A DNA stretch of 64,000 nucleotides from Hydrurus foetidus. Its lineage: Eukaryota. Where the stretch lies: the NCBI GenBank assembly GCA_900617105.1, contig UYFQ01000779.1:62001-126000 (forward strand). The letters run 5' to 3'. The position numbers and the translations under genes were made by a program. Shown piece after piece: positions 13,326 to 26,653 of this stretch (positions within the stretch are counted from its first letter, which is position 1; each line of letters starts with the position of its first letter). Below the pieces are notes generated by a model. That model was not told the DNA's origin. It worked only from the letters and a program-made list of their open reading frames with translations, and did no database searches.

Positions 13326-13357
13326 AAAAAGGACTGCATATAGCAATCCTTTTATTT
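13326..13357 (-). terminator. Intrinsic terminator after acyl-CoA dehydrogenase
   Basis: AAAAGGACTGC-ATATA-GCAATCCTTTT hairpin with A/T tails. Confidence 0.65.
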
Positions 13358-15140
13358 TAGCTAGTTGTTGTTTTAAAACAATAACTATTACTTTCTATCA
13401 TTTTAGAAGCTATTCTTCTGCGACTTTCTTTTGTGTTAAATGGTTCTACTTTAGTAAAACGCTTTAAACCAATATGCATCATTCTAAGTTCATCACCTTC
13501 TGCAAAACTATTCAAAGCATCTTTACCTGCTTTGTTGATTCTGTCTGCTGCGTCATATAAATATGTCTTCATTATATCGGTACAGATTGCAGCTTTTTCA
13601 TTGTGTTCGCAGTCATTTTCATCACTCTCAATAAAGCACTTTCACAATGAAAAGTCTCTATTGCCATATCTGCAATATTCATCAACACTTCTTGTTCTTT
13701 TTCCAGCTGCATCATCAACTTTTGAACTGCAGCACCTGCAATCAGTATATGGCTTTTTAAAGTTGTTGATATATTTAATTTCTTTTGCAAAGGCGTTTCA
13801 TCTTCACCACCAAAATCTGGAATGCTCATCAATTCTTTTTGAACATTCATTGCAGGTGTCATTAAATCTAGCCTTTCATTGCACGTTTTAACATCATATC
13901 AACTGTAAAGCAAACGATTGATTTCATTGGTTCCTTCATAAATTCTATTAATACGACTGTCACGATATGCTTTGCTAATTAAATACTCATCACTAAAGCC
14001 ATTACCACCGTGAACTTGCACACCTTCATCAACCACAAAATCCAACACTTCACTGCCAAATACTTTTAGCATTGCACATTCAATTGCATATTCTTCAGCA
14101 GCACCAGTAAAGCGTGGGCAAGGTTTCGCCTTTGCTTGCAGTTCTTCTTCTTTAATATCAATCCATTTACTAGTTCTATATAAAAGCACTTTCACACACC
14201 CACATTCTAATTGCCATTTCTGCTAACTTGTGTTTTATAGCACCAAATTTTGCAATAGGCATTTTAAATTGTTCACAGTATTTGCATATTGAACGGTTGT
14301 TGTTGTAGCACGTTTTTGCCCCACCTAAAGTAGCTGCACAAAGTTTTAATCTTCCAATGTTTAAAATATTAAAAGCAATGATGTGTCCTTTACCAATTTC
14401 GCCTAAAACATTTTCAACTGGCACTATACAATCTTGAAAATATAGTTGTACAGTTGATGAACCTTTGATACCCATTTTATGTTCTTCTGGTCCTTGTGTA
14501 AAGCCTTCAAACCCACGCTCTACAATGAATGCAGTAAATTGTGTTCCATCAATTTTTAGCAAACACAGTGTAAACATCTGCAAAAAGCCACCATTGGTTA
14601 TCCAACATTTTTGACCATTTAATAAATAATGTTTTCCATCAGCACTTAAAGTTGCAGTTGTTTTAGCACTCAAAGCATCGCTGCCACTATTTGGTTCTGT
14701 TAAACCATAAGCTCCTTTAAATTCACCACTAGCTAACTTTGGAATGTATTGTTGCTTTTGTTCTTCCGTTCCAAAATACAGAATTGGTAAACTGCCAATG
14801 CCTGTGTGTGCAGCAATTGCAACGCTGAAACTATGACTACCACCTAATCCTTCATTTACAATGGTTGCAGTAATAAAGTCTTTTCAAGTCCACCATATTG
14901 TTCGAGAGGAAAAGCTGTGGAGAGTAAACCTTGTTCGCCAGCTTTTACCATCAAACTTTGCATTAAGCCTTCTTCTTGCTTATCAATTTGCTCAACAATA
15001 GGATAAATTTCTGCATCTAAAAATTGTTGACACATTTCCATTACCATCAATTGTTCTTCATTGAAATCCTCTCGGTGTAAAGGTTTCTAAAGCATTGCTT
15101 TCTTTTATTAAAATTCGCCACCTTGAATTGAGTTTGACAT
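13357..15140 (-). CDS. Acyl-CoA dehydrogenase (long, ~590 aa)
   Basis: [68 protein letters not shown]. Confidence 0.92.
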
Positions 15141-15149
15141 ATTTTGATT

Positions 15150-15584
15150 ATTTATTATTTGTATAAGGTTCTAAAAAATATTTAGAGTTTGAGAATTGTA
15201 ATTTTTCTGATAGGTTCGTCAGAATTCTTTTGAATAAAGACATCTACTATAACTAAAGTACCACGAGACGATGTTTCAGTTAACGTTGTTGTGAACTCTT
15301 GTGAAAATTTACTTCCACTGTTAAACCCATATTTGAAATAAGCTTGTTCACCATAATATTCTAGTATATAAGAATATATTTTTTATTTCATAAGTTGAAT
15401 CACTAATTCTTAATTGCCCTGCTTTTAAGATAGAATCTCTAGACATTTGTGTAATGTTTTCATATGAATACCGTTGGTGTTTTGTTTCGAGAAAAACAAA
15501 CAAGCTGAATAAAACAAACAAATAGAATTAATAGTACTATTTTCCTGTTATTAATTAATTGTAATATTTGTTTTTTAAATTCAT
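15150..15584 (-). CDS. Hypothetical protein
   Basis: Very AT-rich broken ORF with a signal-like N-terminus; fills the gap between marR and the dehydrogenase. Confidence 0.35.
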
Positions 15585-15600
15585 TTTATAACTATATCAG

Positions 15601-16044
15601 CTAAGCATTATTCAAATTATCATACACTTTTTGCAACACATTCTTTACTGTTTCAATCTCATCTTTTGTTATGCCAACTAATGCTTCATCCATTGTTTGA
15701 TTGGCAATTTCTATAGTTTGATCTTGAAGGTTTTTGCAATGTTTGAGAGGAAAATATAATTGACTCTTTTGTCGGTTTCACTAACCTTACGTTCAACCAA
15801 ACCAAGTTTTACCAGATTGTCTATAAGTCTTGTGATGCTTGGTTTATCTCTAAAAGTTTTATCGCAAAGTTGTTGTTGATTTAAGCCATCTTCTTTCCCA
15901 AAGGTGATATAGAATACTCCATTGCTCAATGGTTATTTCTAACCCAGCAACTCTAAAATTTTTTTGCATACGACGTGCAATTGCAGCAAGCCATTGCATT
16001 AATGACACTGCAAGTTCACCGCGTTTAAATTGATTGTTTGCCAT
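15601..16044 (-). CDS. MarR family transcriptional regulator
   Basis: ITIEQWSILYHLW..DGLNQQQL...TFRDKPSITRLIDNL.K.GLVER...DKR. Confidence 0.9.
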
Positions 16045-16066
16045 AATAGTTGTTTATGCAACTATT
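16045..16066. promoter_or_regulatory. Putative MarR operator, AATAGTTG-TTTATG-CAACTATT
   Basis: Perfect 8-bp inverted repeat abutting the marR start codon and a CACCTTTG -7-like box. Confidence 0.7.
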
Positions 16067-16128
16067 CAAAGGTGAGGAAGAATTTGATATGGCAAAATGA
16101 ATTTTTAAGATGCTATTTGGCAGGTTGT

Positions 16129-17980
16129 CTAAGCCAATATTTCACTCAATTCTAACCAACGTAACTCTTTTTCTTCAGAATTGCTTAATCTCTCCAATGC
16201 GTAAACTCATTTTGTTTATTTCATCAAAACTCAAGTTTTCCATTGTTAGTCTATATTCGATTTCTTTCTTTTCTGCTTCCAACTTTGGCATTTCCTTTTC
16301 AAGTTGTTCAAAATTCGTGCTTGTCTTTAAAAAGATATTTTTTGTTTGATTTTTGTTGTTCAATAACTTTTGCTTCTTGAACTTTTTGCAGCTTTTCTAC
16401 TTGTTTATTTTTACGGCTTCTTCATCTTGCCAAATTCTGTATTGGCTGTAGTTTCCAGGATAATCTCTAACAGAAGCGTTTCTTAAAACCAATAAATGGT
16501 CAACTAATCTATCCATAAAATACCTATCGTGACTTACAATTACAACACAACCTGGATGAATCTTGCAAGAAGTTTTCTAGCACAGCCAATGTTGGTAAAT
16601 CAAGGTCATTAGTAGGTTCATCTAAAATTAAAAATTAGGATTTTTAAAGAGAATAGCCAGCAATTGCAAACGCTTTTTCTCTCCACCACTTAAACTTTGT
16701 AAATGTGTATTGTTTTTCGGGGGTGAATAAAACAACTCTAAAACTGAGCAGCACTTAAACTTCCGCCATTTGCTAAAGGAAAGTTTTCGGCAATATCTTT
16801 CACATATTCTATTACCCTAACATTGTCTTTTATTGCTAACCCTTGCTGAGAAAATTGCCAAAAACAATAGTATCTCCAATATTCACTTTTCAGAATCTGG
16901 CGTTTCTAGCTCTTGAATAATATTTAAAAAGTGGTTACCAACGCCATTTTTCCAATGATACCAAGTCTTTCACCTTTATTGAAGTATAATCAAAGCCTTT
17001 AAAATTTCCTTTTCTCCATAAGACTTATATATTTTTTTAGTTCAATAACCTTACCACCAATCCTGCTCATTTTAATTTGTAGTTGAACTTGATTGTCTTC
17101 TATTTTTTAGAAGCTTTATCTTTTATATCGTAAAAATTGTCTTGTCTGCTTTTAGATTTTGTGGTTCTTGCTTTGGGTTGCTTACGCATCCACTCCAGCT
17201 CTTTTCTAAACTCACTTTTTGCTTTATCTATGTTGGCTTGTTCGTTTTCAATACGTGCAGCTTTCTTCTCCTAAATAATTATCATAGTCACCTTTGTACA
17301 CGTATAAATCTTCTCTTTCTAATTCCCAAATTTCATTACAAACAGCATCTAAAAATATCTATCGTGGGTAACCATTAACAGCGTAACGTTTCACTCAATA
17401 AATAATTCTCTAACCACTCAATCATTTCAACATCCAAATGATTGGTAGGCTCATCCATAATCAATAAAGTATGATTTTGTTCAAAGCCAATATCAATTAA
17501 GGTTCTAGCCAATGCAACGTTTTCGTTGTCCACCACTTAAAGTGCTAATTTGTTGCAAGTGATGAATATTTAACTTTCAAGTATCTGTTTCACTTTGGCT
17601 TCAAAATCCAGGCCTGCATTTCTTCCATTAATACAATTGCATCTTGAATTGCATCTGTATCGTTTAGTTCTTCAGCTAATTCCAACTTCTTATAGCTTTT
17701 ACAGCAGGATGATTGGCGTGAAGAATATTATCAATGATGCTTTTTCATCTTCTAAATTGGGATCTTGTTCAAACAAGGCAACAGTCACTTCTTTATTAAT
17801 CCACACTTTCCTTCATCGGCGGTTTCTTGTCCAGAAAGAATTTTTAGCAACGTTGATTTGCCTGTTCCATTTCTTGCAATCAAAGCAATTTTATCTCCTG
17901 AGAAATATGAAAAGTAATATTTGAAAACAGTGGCGTAATGCCATAAGATTTAGTCAATTTTCTACCGAAACATAATGCAT
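16129..17980 (-). CDS. ABC-F family ATPase (Uup-like)
   Basis: Two ABC cassettes: LSGGQ..., MDEPTNHLD, VTHDR; LSGGEKKRL, LDEPTNDLD, VSHDRYF. No transmembrane domains. Confidence 0.9.
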
Positions 17981-18097
17981 AGCTGCGAAAATAGTTTAAG
18001 GTTTGAGGTTTGAGATTTAAAGTTTTAAAACTTGCGAAATGGGAAATAAAATAATATTAAACTCGGTGAATTTTTATCTTTGTTTTCTAATAGAAAA

Positions 18098-18497
18098 TTG
18101 AAAGATACGAGTAACATATTATTGTTTGATGGGGTTTGCAATTTGTGTAATTCAGCAGTTCAATTTATGCTAAAGCACGATAAAAAAGGGTAATAAAATT
18201 TACCTCTTTGCAATCAAAAAAAGGAGAAAGTTGCTACAATTTCATCAACTTTCTCAAAATTTAGTAAACTCTTTTATTTATATCAGAAATGGTGAAGTAC
18301 TGCTAAAATCCACAGCAGCACTGTATTTGGCAAAAGATTTAGCAGGACTTTGGAAGTTGTTGTTTGTATTTATCATCATCCCAAAACCAATAAGGATTTT
18401 GTATATTCCATCATTGCGAACAACAGATATAAATGGTTTGGCAAAGTGAATCTTGTATGATTCCTTCTGCTGATTTTAAGATAGATTCTTGGAGTAG
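18098..18497 (+). CDS. DCC1-like thiol-disulfide oxidoreductase (DUF393)
   Basis: ILLFDGVCNLCN, SLQS, RYKWFG...CMIP. Confidence 0.88.
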
Positions 18498-18509
18498 ATG
18501 ATGTAAAGT

Positions 18510-18780
18510 TTTTAGGAATTCTTTAACATATTCAATTAAACGAATTATAAAAGCGATGGTCTTCAATGCAGAGCTTTATAAAATAATTTTATAAAAAGCA
18601 ACGGAAAAGGAAAAACGTTCGTCTATATAGTTAGAGGGTTAGAAATCTAAAAGAATATAAAGAACGTAGATGATAGTGAGAAAGAAGCAATTAAAATTTT
18701 AACATTTTGTTGCGGTGTTTTGGCAGAGGTTTTGATAAGTAGTGTTTATAATAAATATTCCAAATATTTATTTTTCTCAT
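18510..18780 (-). CDS. Hypothetical protein
   Basis: ATG at 18780 (MRKIN...) directly after the amidase stop; hydrophobic and broken. Confidence 0.35.
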
Positions 18781-18786
18781 AAGCAG

Positions 18787-20017
18787 TTAGTTTTGGTTGA
18801 GGCTCGATTTCCATCAGGCCCAATCTTTAGTGCTTACTCAATTGTATGTCTTTCAACCAATCAACTATCCTTTATAAATTTGTGCAGCCGTTTGTATATG
18901 AAATTTTGGGTTGGCTAATTTTTCATCATTGATATTGCTTAGAAAACCAACTTCAAGTAAACAATTTACAAAGTCTGTAGGGCCACTTAAACCAAATTGA
19001 AACTGCCAACATTACCATATTCATCCAATCCAATTTCTTTCATTCGTTTTAATATTGTTTCACTGACAGGTCTAAAGCCAATATGTCTGTAAAATGTGCC
19101 ACAACCTTTTACTTCTTTATCTGAATTTGAGTTTAAGTGAATGCTAATTAATAGTCTGGATTATTTTTGTTGTAAGAGATGATTCTATCTTTCATATCTA
19201 GGGTTGTGTCAGCTTCTCTTGTCATAAAAATATTTTTTATACCCTTAGTTTTTAAATATTTCTGTAGTTGTTTGGCAAATAGCAAAGTGTAAGTCTTTTC
19301 TAAAATGTTTGTAGTGGCTCCGGCAGCACCAGTATTTGTTCCTCCATTACAGCATCAATTGCAATTTTAATGTTTTGACATCTAGATTTTTTGGCTGCTG
19401 CTTTGCTTTAATGACCAATTGGTTGTTGTTGTAATTTATAGAATAACCCCAATGTACTGCGTGTTTAAGTTCTATAGTTACAAGCATTACATCTTCTTCG
19501 CTTTGACGATAATAAACGTTTTTAATTTCTTTAAGTGTGGAGGGAAGTTGCGTTATCCAATTTGTATTGCTTTGAACACCAAATATTTCTAATTGAATAG
19601 CTGCTGGTTCTGTTTGCATCCAAGTTCTATAAGGAAGTTTTCATCCATATTGATAGCTACAACATCATAAGAGCTATCTGTACCATAAACTCTAAAATTA
19701 GCTGTAAGATGATATGGTTTTTCTTTTACTGCTGAATCTGGTTTCAAATAAACTTTGTCAACATAAGCAGAACGATATTTAGACATTTGCACTTTCAAGG
19801 GCCACACTTGTATCTGTTACCTTAAATAAAATGCCAGTATCTATATAACCCATTTTAGCCCCACCAAGTCTATCATCACCTAAACCATATAATAAAGCAG
19901 GTAATTTGCCTGTGCTTTTGGCAAAAAATCTTTTTACTTGAATATTTGTTTGAAGCTTGGCTGTGTGCAAGCACTAAAAAACTAATAAATATTGTAAACA
20001 ATTGAATTTTTTTTCAT
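18787..20017 (-). CDS. N-acetylmuramoyl-L-alanine amidase (Amidase_3)
   Basis: C-terminal IDA.HGGTNTGAAG, EKTYTL, MTRE, ISIHLNS, CLLEVGFLSN; signal peptide. Confidence 0.85.
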
Positions 20018-20139
20018 AAAATTATAATTAAACTGGCTTAAAAGAACCTTCAACGAAGTTATATTGCAACATAGTATATAACAAAATATTCTTACCACTT
20101 CATCACTCAAAGCCTATTTTTGCGACCTAAAATTTAAAA

Positions 20140-20778
20140 ATGAAGTTTTATAATACGTTGATTCGATATAGATTTTTCTTGGGCTATTAGCTATTGCTTT
20201 GGCTGTTTTGGTTACAGTGAGGGCTGGTTTTTGGCCAGCATTTATTTTGTATTTTGCTGGTTTAATTGCTTTGTTCAGCCATTTTTTATAGGACCACTTA
20301 GACTTGTTCAAGAGCCAATGGAAGAAGGTAGAATTGAAGAAGTAGAGAAAATACTAATAGCATTAAGTTCCCTAATTTGTTGTACAAACCTATTCGTTCT
20401 ACTTATTACACTTTAAAAGTAATTTAGCAATGATGAACAAGATTTTGATGGTGCTGAAAAGCATTTAAAATGAGTAGCGAATTAGGCTCGCCTATGCCAG
20501 AAGCAGAAGGAGCTAACAAACTTCAATTAGAATGATGAGTTTGCAAAAGGAGATTTTAAACAAGGAGAAAGCTATATTAGGCAGCCATTAGATTAGAATT
20601 TCTGATAAAGAAAGTGAAGCCATTGCTTATTTAAGTATGTGCCAAATATTTATGAATAAACGTGAGTTTAGAGCTGCTAAAGATTACTTTAGAAAACAAA
20701 AGCACTTAAAACCAACTGCTAAACAAACGCTAGATCAAATTAAAGAAGAAAAAATATATTTCTAGAATGCCGGGATAA
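20140..20778 (+). CDS. Membrane-anchored TPR-like hypothetical protein
   Basis: Two N-terminal TM helices, then helical repeats (AEKHL, GESYIR, AKDYFRK). Confidence 0.7.
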
Positions 20779-20795
20779 ACATCTTATTCTATGCT

Positions 20796-20829
20796 AAAAG
20801 GGTTGCAATTTCAAAATTGCAACCCTTTT
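20796..20829. terminator. Bidirectional intrinsic terminator
   Basis: AAAAGGGTTGCAATT-TCAA-AATTGCAACCCTTTT between convergent genes. Confidence 0.85.
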
Positions 20830-20851
20830 ATTTATAAATTTTATCCATTTC

Positions 20852-21718
20852 TTACATCCTCTCTTCAAAAAAGAAATTGCTTTTGAATAAGCATCTTCGG
20901 TATATTCTTTATTAAAACTTAGGTTAGATGGATTTGCAAACCGTGACCAGCTTCATAACGATATAAAGATATTTTCTTTCCAGTAGTTTTCATATTTGCT
21001 TCAAACGTATTTACTACTTCTTGCGAAATGCCTTTGTCTTGATTGCCAAAAACCTATTACATCGCAGTTAATTGTTTCAATCTTTCATATCTTTTCTGGT
21101 CTGCCATAATACATTACACATCCTTTTGCTTGTTTGCCTGCAAGAATCGTTGATTACAAACTCCAGCCTCCACCAAAGCACCAACCTACAGTATAAATCT
21201 TCGCTTTCTTTCCAGCATAACCAATAGCTGCATTCACAATAGCTTCTAATCTTTCTTTTTGCCCCACTCATAAATGCCATTGCACTATCTGGTGTGTAGC
21301 AACTTTTCCATCGTACATATCAATAGCTAAAACATTTACATCATCTAAATCAGCATAATATTTATCAGCTTCTCTTTTAATATAATCATTCAAGCCCCAC
21401 CATTCTTGAATTACAAATAACCATTTATTACTTTTCTTTTTTACTCTTGATGAAATATCCACCAGCATTTAATCCATCACTTGCAGCAAAATGAATTTTT
21501 ACACCTTTTGCATCTTCTAGCTTATAGTTTAATGGCTTTGGATGTAACATTGCAAACCCCGGTTCAAAGCATCCAACTGAATCATTTCTCTAGTTTCAAT
21601 ATTAAAGCAACTAACATAACATTCTGGGGTTAGTGGTTTGGAGCTTCTTTCTTAAATGTGTAGTTTAGCAGTGATGCTGTGGCAAAGCTGCAACAGCAAT
21701 TAGTAATAATTTTTTCAT
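20852..21718 (-). CDS. Dienelactone hydrolase family protein
   Basis: VIQEWWGLNDYIK, DMYDGK, VGW.FGGGWS, GHGFANPSN. Confidence 0.88.
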
Positions 21719-21888
21719 TTATTTTTATTTGTGTGTGAAAATAGATGCTGTTAGGTTTGATGCAGAATCACTTACACTGAACCATCTTTTTCTCATTTCA
21801 AAACCCATCGCTCTTTAACAATAATGTTAAAGATTTCAAAATTAATCTGTTTACGTAGCATCCTATAAATTTACATTGTAATTATTTT

Positions 21889-22984
21889 ATGAAGCAATTG
21901 AGATTGATTATTGTATTAATGTTAGCTATTGTTTGCACAAAAACTATGCTCAGTTTAGAAAGTATTCTAATGAATTTTAAACATTGGTGCTGGTGCAAGA
22001 GGTTTAGGAATGGGTGGTGCACAAATTGTTTCTGTTGATGATGGAACTGCTGGTTATTGGAACCCAGCAGGATTGGTTTTTGTGAAAGAAAATCCAAATC
22101 TTGCTTTAATGCACGCTGATTATTTTGGTGGCATTGGTAAATACGATTTTGGTGGGTTGGCTTTGCCATCTAAAACGGTAATAAAACTTTGGGAATTAGT
22201 TTTATGCGTTTTGCTGTAGATGATATTCCTAATACATTGTATTTGGTAAATCTCGATGGTTCTATTGATTATAATAATATCTCAACTTTTCATCTGCCGA
22301 TTATGCTTTGTTGCTGTCATATTCTCAAATAATAAAAACAGACAAAGAATTTTTAGTATTGGAGGTAATGTAAAAATTATTCGCAGGCAAGTGGGCAGCT
22401 TTGCTAATGCTTGGGGTTTTGGTATTGACCTAGGTGCTATGTATCGCAAGACAAATGGAAATTTGCTGCTGTGTTAAGAGACGCAACCACCACGTTTAAT
22501 GCTTGGAGTTTTACTTTACTGAAAGAGAAAAAGAGGTTTTGTATTTAACCAATAACGATATTCCTGTTAAAAGCACAGAAAATACTGCACCACGATTAAT
22601 ATTAGGTGCCGGGCAGAGATTTTAAAATAAATAATAAATTGAATTTATATGCAGAAGCTAATTTGCATTTAACATTTGATGGTAAAAGAAACTCGGTTGT
22701 TAGTTCTAATATCTTAAACACATTGACCCAAACATTGGTTTAGAAGCTCCAGTATAATAAAGTACTTTTGTAAGAGCGGGTATTTCTAATTTTCAACAAG
22801 CATTACGATGGAGATACAACCAATCAAAAAAGTATGATTTATCAACCAAGTTTAGGTGTAGGATTTGTTGAGTAATGCTAGCATAGATTATGCCTTTACC
22901 AACCTTACAATCAATCAAACCCATTATATACACACGTTTTTCTTTAAAGGTTGATTTGATAAACAATGTTAAGCGAAAAAATAG
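21889..22984 (+). CDS. PorV-like (PorV2) type IX secretion outer-membrane barrel
   Basis: RKYSNEFLNIGAGARGLGMG...AGYWNPAGL, AVDDIPNTL, GFGIDLG, IDYA. Confidence 0.85.
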
Positions 22985-23100
22985 TAGATGTTTGTTTGAC
23001 TTTTGTAAGCAATTCATTCAAGGCTCGTATTCGTTGAAACAACTTTAACTTTTTAGTTTTAACATTCATTAATTTATTTGCAGTTATAATTTTATATAAA

Positions 23101-23551
23101 ATGAAAAAATACTTACACTAATTCTAGGGTTTACTTTCAGCCTTTTAAATTTTGCTCAAGCTCAAGTTAAAGATCCGGTTAGCTGGACTTATGAAGCAAA
23201 AAAAGAAAACCGATAATACCTACGACTTAGTTATTACTGCAACCTTGCCAAAACCACGCATATTTATTCTCAAAATTCAGGTGCAGATGGTCCAATTCCA
23301 ACAACTATAACATTTAATCCAACCCTTTAATTACTAAAGAAGGTAAGATTATTGAAACTGGAAAACTGGTAAAGTTTTTTGATAAAATTACAATACAAAC
23401 GTTTTGTATTACAGCGATAAAGTAGTGTTTACTCAAAGCATTAAATTAAAAGTAAAAGCAAAACTGTTGTTACAGGCAAGGTTGAATTTATGGTTTGCGA
23501 TGATGAAAATGTTTGCCACCAACCACAAAAGCATTTACGATAAAACTGTAA
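23101..23551 (+). CDS. DsbD N-terminal-domain periplasmic protein
   Basis: DPVSWTY, HIYSQ...DGPIPT, VEFMVCDD..CLPP. Confidence 0.8.
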
Positions 23552-23553
23552 AG

Positions 23554-23583
23554 CCTCACACCAACCCTCTCCTTTGGAGAGGG
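23554..23583 (+). repeat. REP-like palindrome CCTCACACCAA-CCCTCTCC-TTT-GGAGAGGG
   Basis: GC-rich 8-bp hairpin in an AT-rich intergenic gap; resembles the dispersed CCCTCTCC/GGAGAGGG repeats of Bacteroidota. Confidence 0.7.
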
Positions 23584-23628
23584 AGTAAACCTATAATGCT
23601 TAGTGCCTTTGTGGCAAAATCATTCTCA

Positions 23629-25525
23629 ATGAAAAAATATTCTTTCTACTTTGCTGTTGCATTTTGCCTTATTGCTTTTCACAAGATAGTTTGGTTTGGA
23701 AAATATCAGCCAAAAAACAACAGATTCTACTTATCAAATTACTGCAAATAGCACCATTGCAAAAGGATGGCATTTGTATGCTAATAATCCAACTGTTGCA
23801 GGTTTAGAAGAATCGAATGTGAAATTTGTTTTTCAGCTAGATAATATTAAAACAGTAGAAAAATTTCAGCTAACCCCAAAGCCGAGAACCATTAAAGATG
23901 CTTTTATTTGAAAATGCTGCCGTAAATGTTTATACAAATGATATTGAGTTAAAACAAACAATTAAAATAAATGGTGTTATTCCTGCAATAGTAAAAGTAA
24001 GCGTAGCCGGATTTATTGCTAAAGAAACAAACCTATTGCCACTTGCAGAAATACAATCTGAGCTTGCATTAGAAGGGGGCATTGCTTCAACTTCCGACAC
24101 AATAATAAAAAGATTCTATTGATGTTAAAATCCTTTAAGTCAATGTGGCGATAAAATAGAAAAAGGTAGTTTGTGGACTGTGTTTTTATTAGGTCTTGTT
24201 GGAGGATTTAGCATTATTTAACCATGTATGTTTCCTATGATTCCGTAACGGTTTCATTTTTACAAAGCGTTCGCCTACCAGAAAAGGGAATTCAAAAATG
24301 GTTTGTTGTATGGTTTTTTTCATTTTGCAATTTATGCTTTGGCAAGTACACCATTTCATTTGCTGAACCCGAATAGCGAAATATTTAATAGCATTTCAAC
24401 CAGTCCAACTCTTAATATTATATTCATCATATTCATATATCTTTTTTTTCTATTGCATTTTTGATACTTCGAAATAACTCCTCCCACACAGCATTGCAGG
24501 CAAAGCAGATAGTAAAAGTAATTTGGGTAGCAGCATTGGAATCTTCTTATGGCTCTTACTTTGGTGATTGTTTCTTTCTCTGCAGGCGTTATTTTAGGAA
24601 CACTTTTAGTTGGCACATCATATGGCGGTGCTGGGCTTTAACTGTTGGTATGAGTGGTTTTGGTATTGCATTGCTGCCTTTCGCATTTGCTATCTTCCAA
24701 ATTGGTTAGAAAAACTTGCCTAAAAGTGGTGGTTGGTTAGATACTGTTAAAAAAGTATTGGTACTGCTGAGGTTGCATTAGCTCTTAAATCTCTTTCAAA
24801 TGCAGACGAAGGTCATTGGGGTTTATTGAAGCGTGAAGTATTTATTGGTTTATGGATTGTGGTGTGTATTGGTTTGGCTTTATATGCTTTTGGGATATTG
24901 CGTTTGCCACACGATTACAAAGGACAAAAATTAACACAGGCAGAAAATCAATTGGTGTTATTGCCATTTTATTTGTGTTGTATTTAGCACCAGGATTAAC
25001 TAAAACAAAATATGCAAACCTTACTTTATTAAGTGGTATTGTACCTCCATTAAGTTATAGTGTATATGCCGATGAAACTAGATTTAAAGCGCTAGAACCC
25101 AATGTTATCAACGATTATGATAAAGCTCTGCAATGGTAAAGCACAACACAAACCTTTATTAATCGACTTTACAGGATGGGCTTGTGCTAATTGCAGAAGA
25201 ACAAGAGCAGGACGAATGAAGATGTGGCGAAAATACCTGTGAAAATTTTATTTTGAGTTCACTTTTATGTAGATGATAAAAAGCCAAGCTGCCTGTTGAA
25301 AAAGAATAATGAATTACAAAACCATAGATGGCAATGTGAAAGATATTATTACAGTTGGCGATAGATATGCAACTTTTGAATCTGAAACTTTAATCGTGTT
25401 TTCAACCACTATATGCAATGCTTGATAACAATGAAAAGCTGTTAGCTTTCCCAGTCGGTGCCACATTTGATGCAAAGAAGTATTTATCTTGGTTAGAATG
25501 TGGAGTAAAGGGGTTTAAACAATAA
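23629..25525 (+). CDS. dsbD: Thiol:disulfide interchange protein DsbD
   Basis: GWHLYA N-domain, TM domain with PCMFPM, PKSGGWL, thioredoxin DFTGWACANCR. Confidence 0.85.
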
Positions 25526-25536
25526 AGTGATTTTAT

Positions 25537-25913
25537 CTACCAATTCCAATAATTAAAAATACAACGCTCAGATAAGTCCACAAAAGGAAAATAGTATATG
25601 AATGATTGTTTCAAAAAAATTTGCCTTCTCAAAGTTTGGGAGAATAAACAAAAATTGAAATAATAACCGCAAACCAAAATGCAAATATTCCTATTGCAAC
25701 GCATTTTGTTTGGTTTGGTATTTATTATTTTCATGAAGACACAATAAACCCATTAAAAAACTATAGCTGCAAGAAAAAGGTATGCACATACATCATTTGT
25801 CTATTAATTAATGTTTTGTAAATCCTTTCGCCAATTAAAATACGTAGGAAAAAATAATATGTACAAGACTTAGTTGTACTAATAGTAAGCCAATTATTTT
25901 AAGGTATTTCCAT
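25537..25913 (-). CDS. Conserved hypothetical membrane protein
   Basis: FP.YFNW, NRQMMY, FETIIHILF. Overlaps the methyltransferase stop. Confidence 0.6.
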
Positions 25914-26653
25914 TTTTGATAATATAAAAGTTGAAATAAATGGAGTGATTTTAAACTACTACTTAATTGCAATTCTGCCATTTTAAAAATGTTTAGCCAA
26001 TTACTTGGTGAGTAAAATACAAGAAACCAATATTAAATGCAAGAAAGTTTATTATGTCTCTTTGATGTTCAACAACAATAATTTTTCCATCGTTTGAAAT
26101 ACATTCTTTTAACTGTTTAAAGAAGTTGATTCTTTCAGCCTCGTTTCTTATTGCGTGTGCTGCTAATATTAAAATATTGCACTAAAATGATTAAGCTATT
26201 TAGTGAAACATTTTTTGTATCAATTTGTAATGTGTGTGATGCAGGATATGTTTTTCGGTTCTTCATAGATATTTCGGTATGTTTATTTTGTCATAAAATC
26301 ATATACACTCAATATTGCATTGGGAAAACGATTGGCTAGCAACGCACTTGTTTCATCAAAACCTGCATTAATGTTTGCAATATTTTTGAATGAGTTTGAC
26401 TGAATATTTTGCAACCAATCAAGGTATATAAATTTGAATAATCGTAGATATAATAGGATACTGCAAGCGAAATGATTATGCTGAAAAATAATTAGAAAAA
26501 TAAGAATGATAATGATTAAATAAAACTGTTGTGGTAAATAATTTAAAGCGATTAATAAGATGGAAATAAATACAAAAGCTGTTGCATAAAATGCCAATTA
26601 AATCGAATAATATTTGTAACACCTTGAAGGGGTTTTCTGCCTATGGTTCCCAT
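25894..26653 (-). CDS. Class I SAM-dependent methyltransferase
   Basis: RKPLQGVTNIIRFNWHFY, NINAGFDETS, AHAIRNE, IVVEH.RD..NFLAF.IGF. Confidence 0.8.

Noticed and set aside
13433..13891. 152-aa plus-strand ORF, and similar antisense ORFs such as 17595-17924 and 43810-44142
   Set aside because: These are shadow ORFs opposite well-supported genes, with no recognisable motifs.
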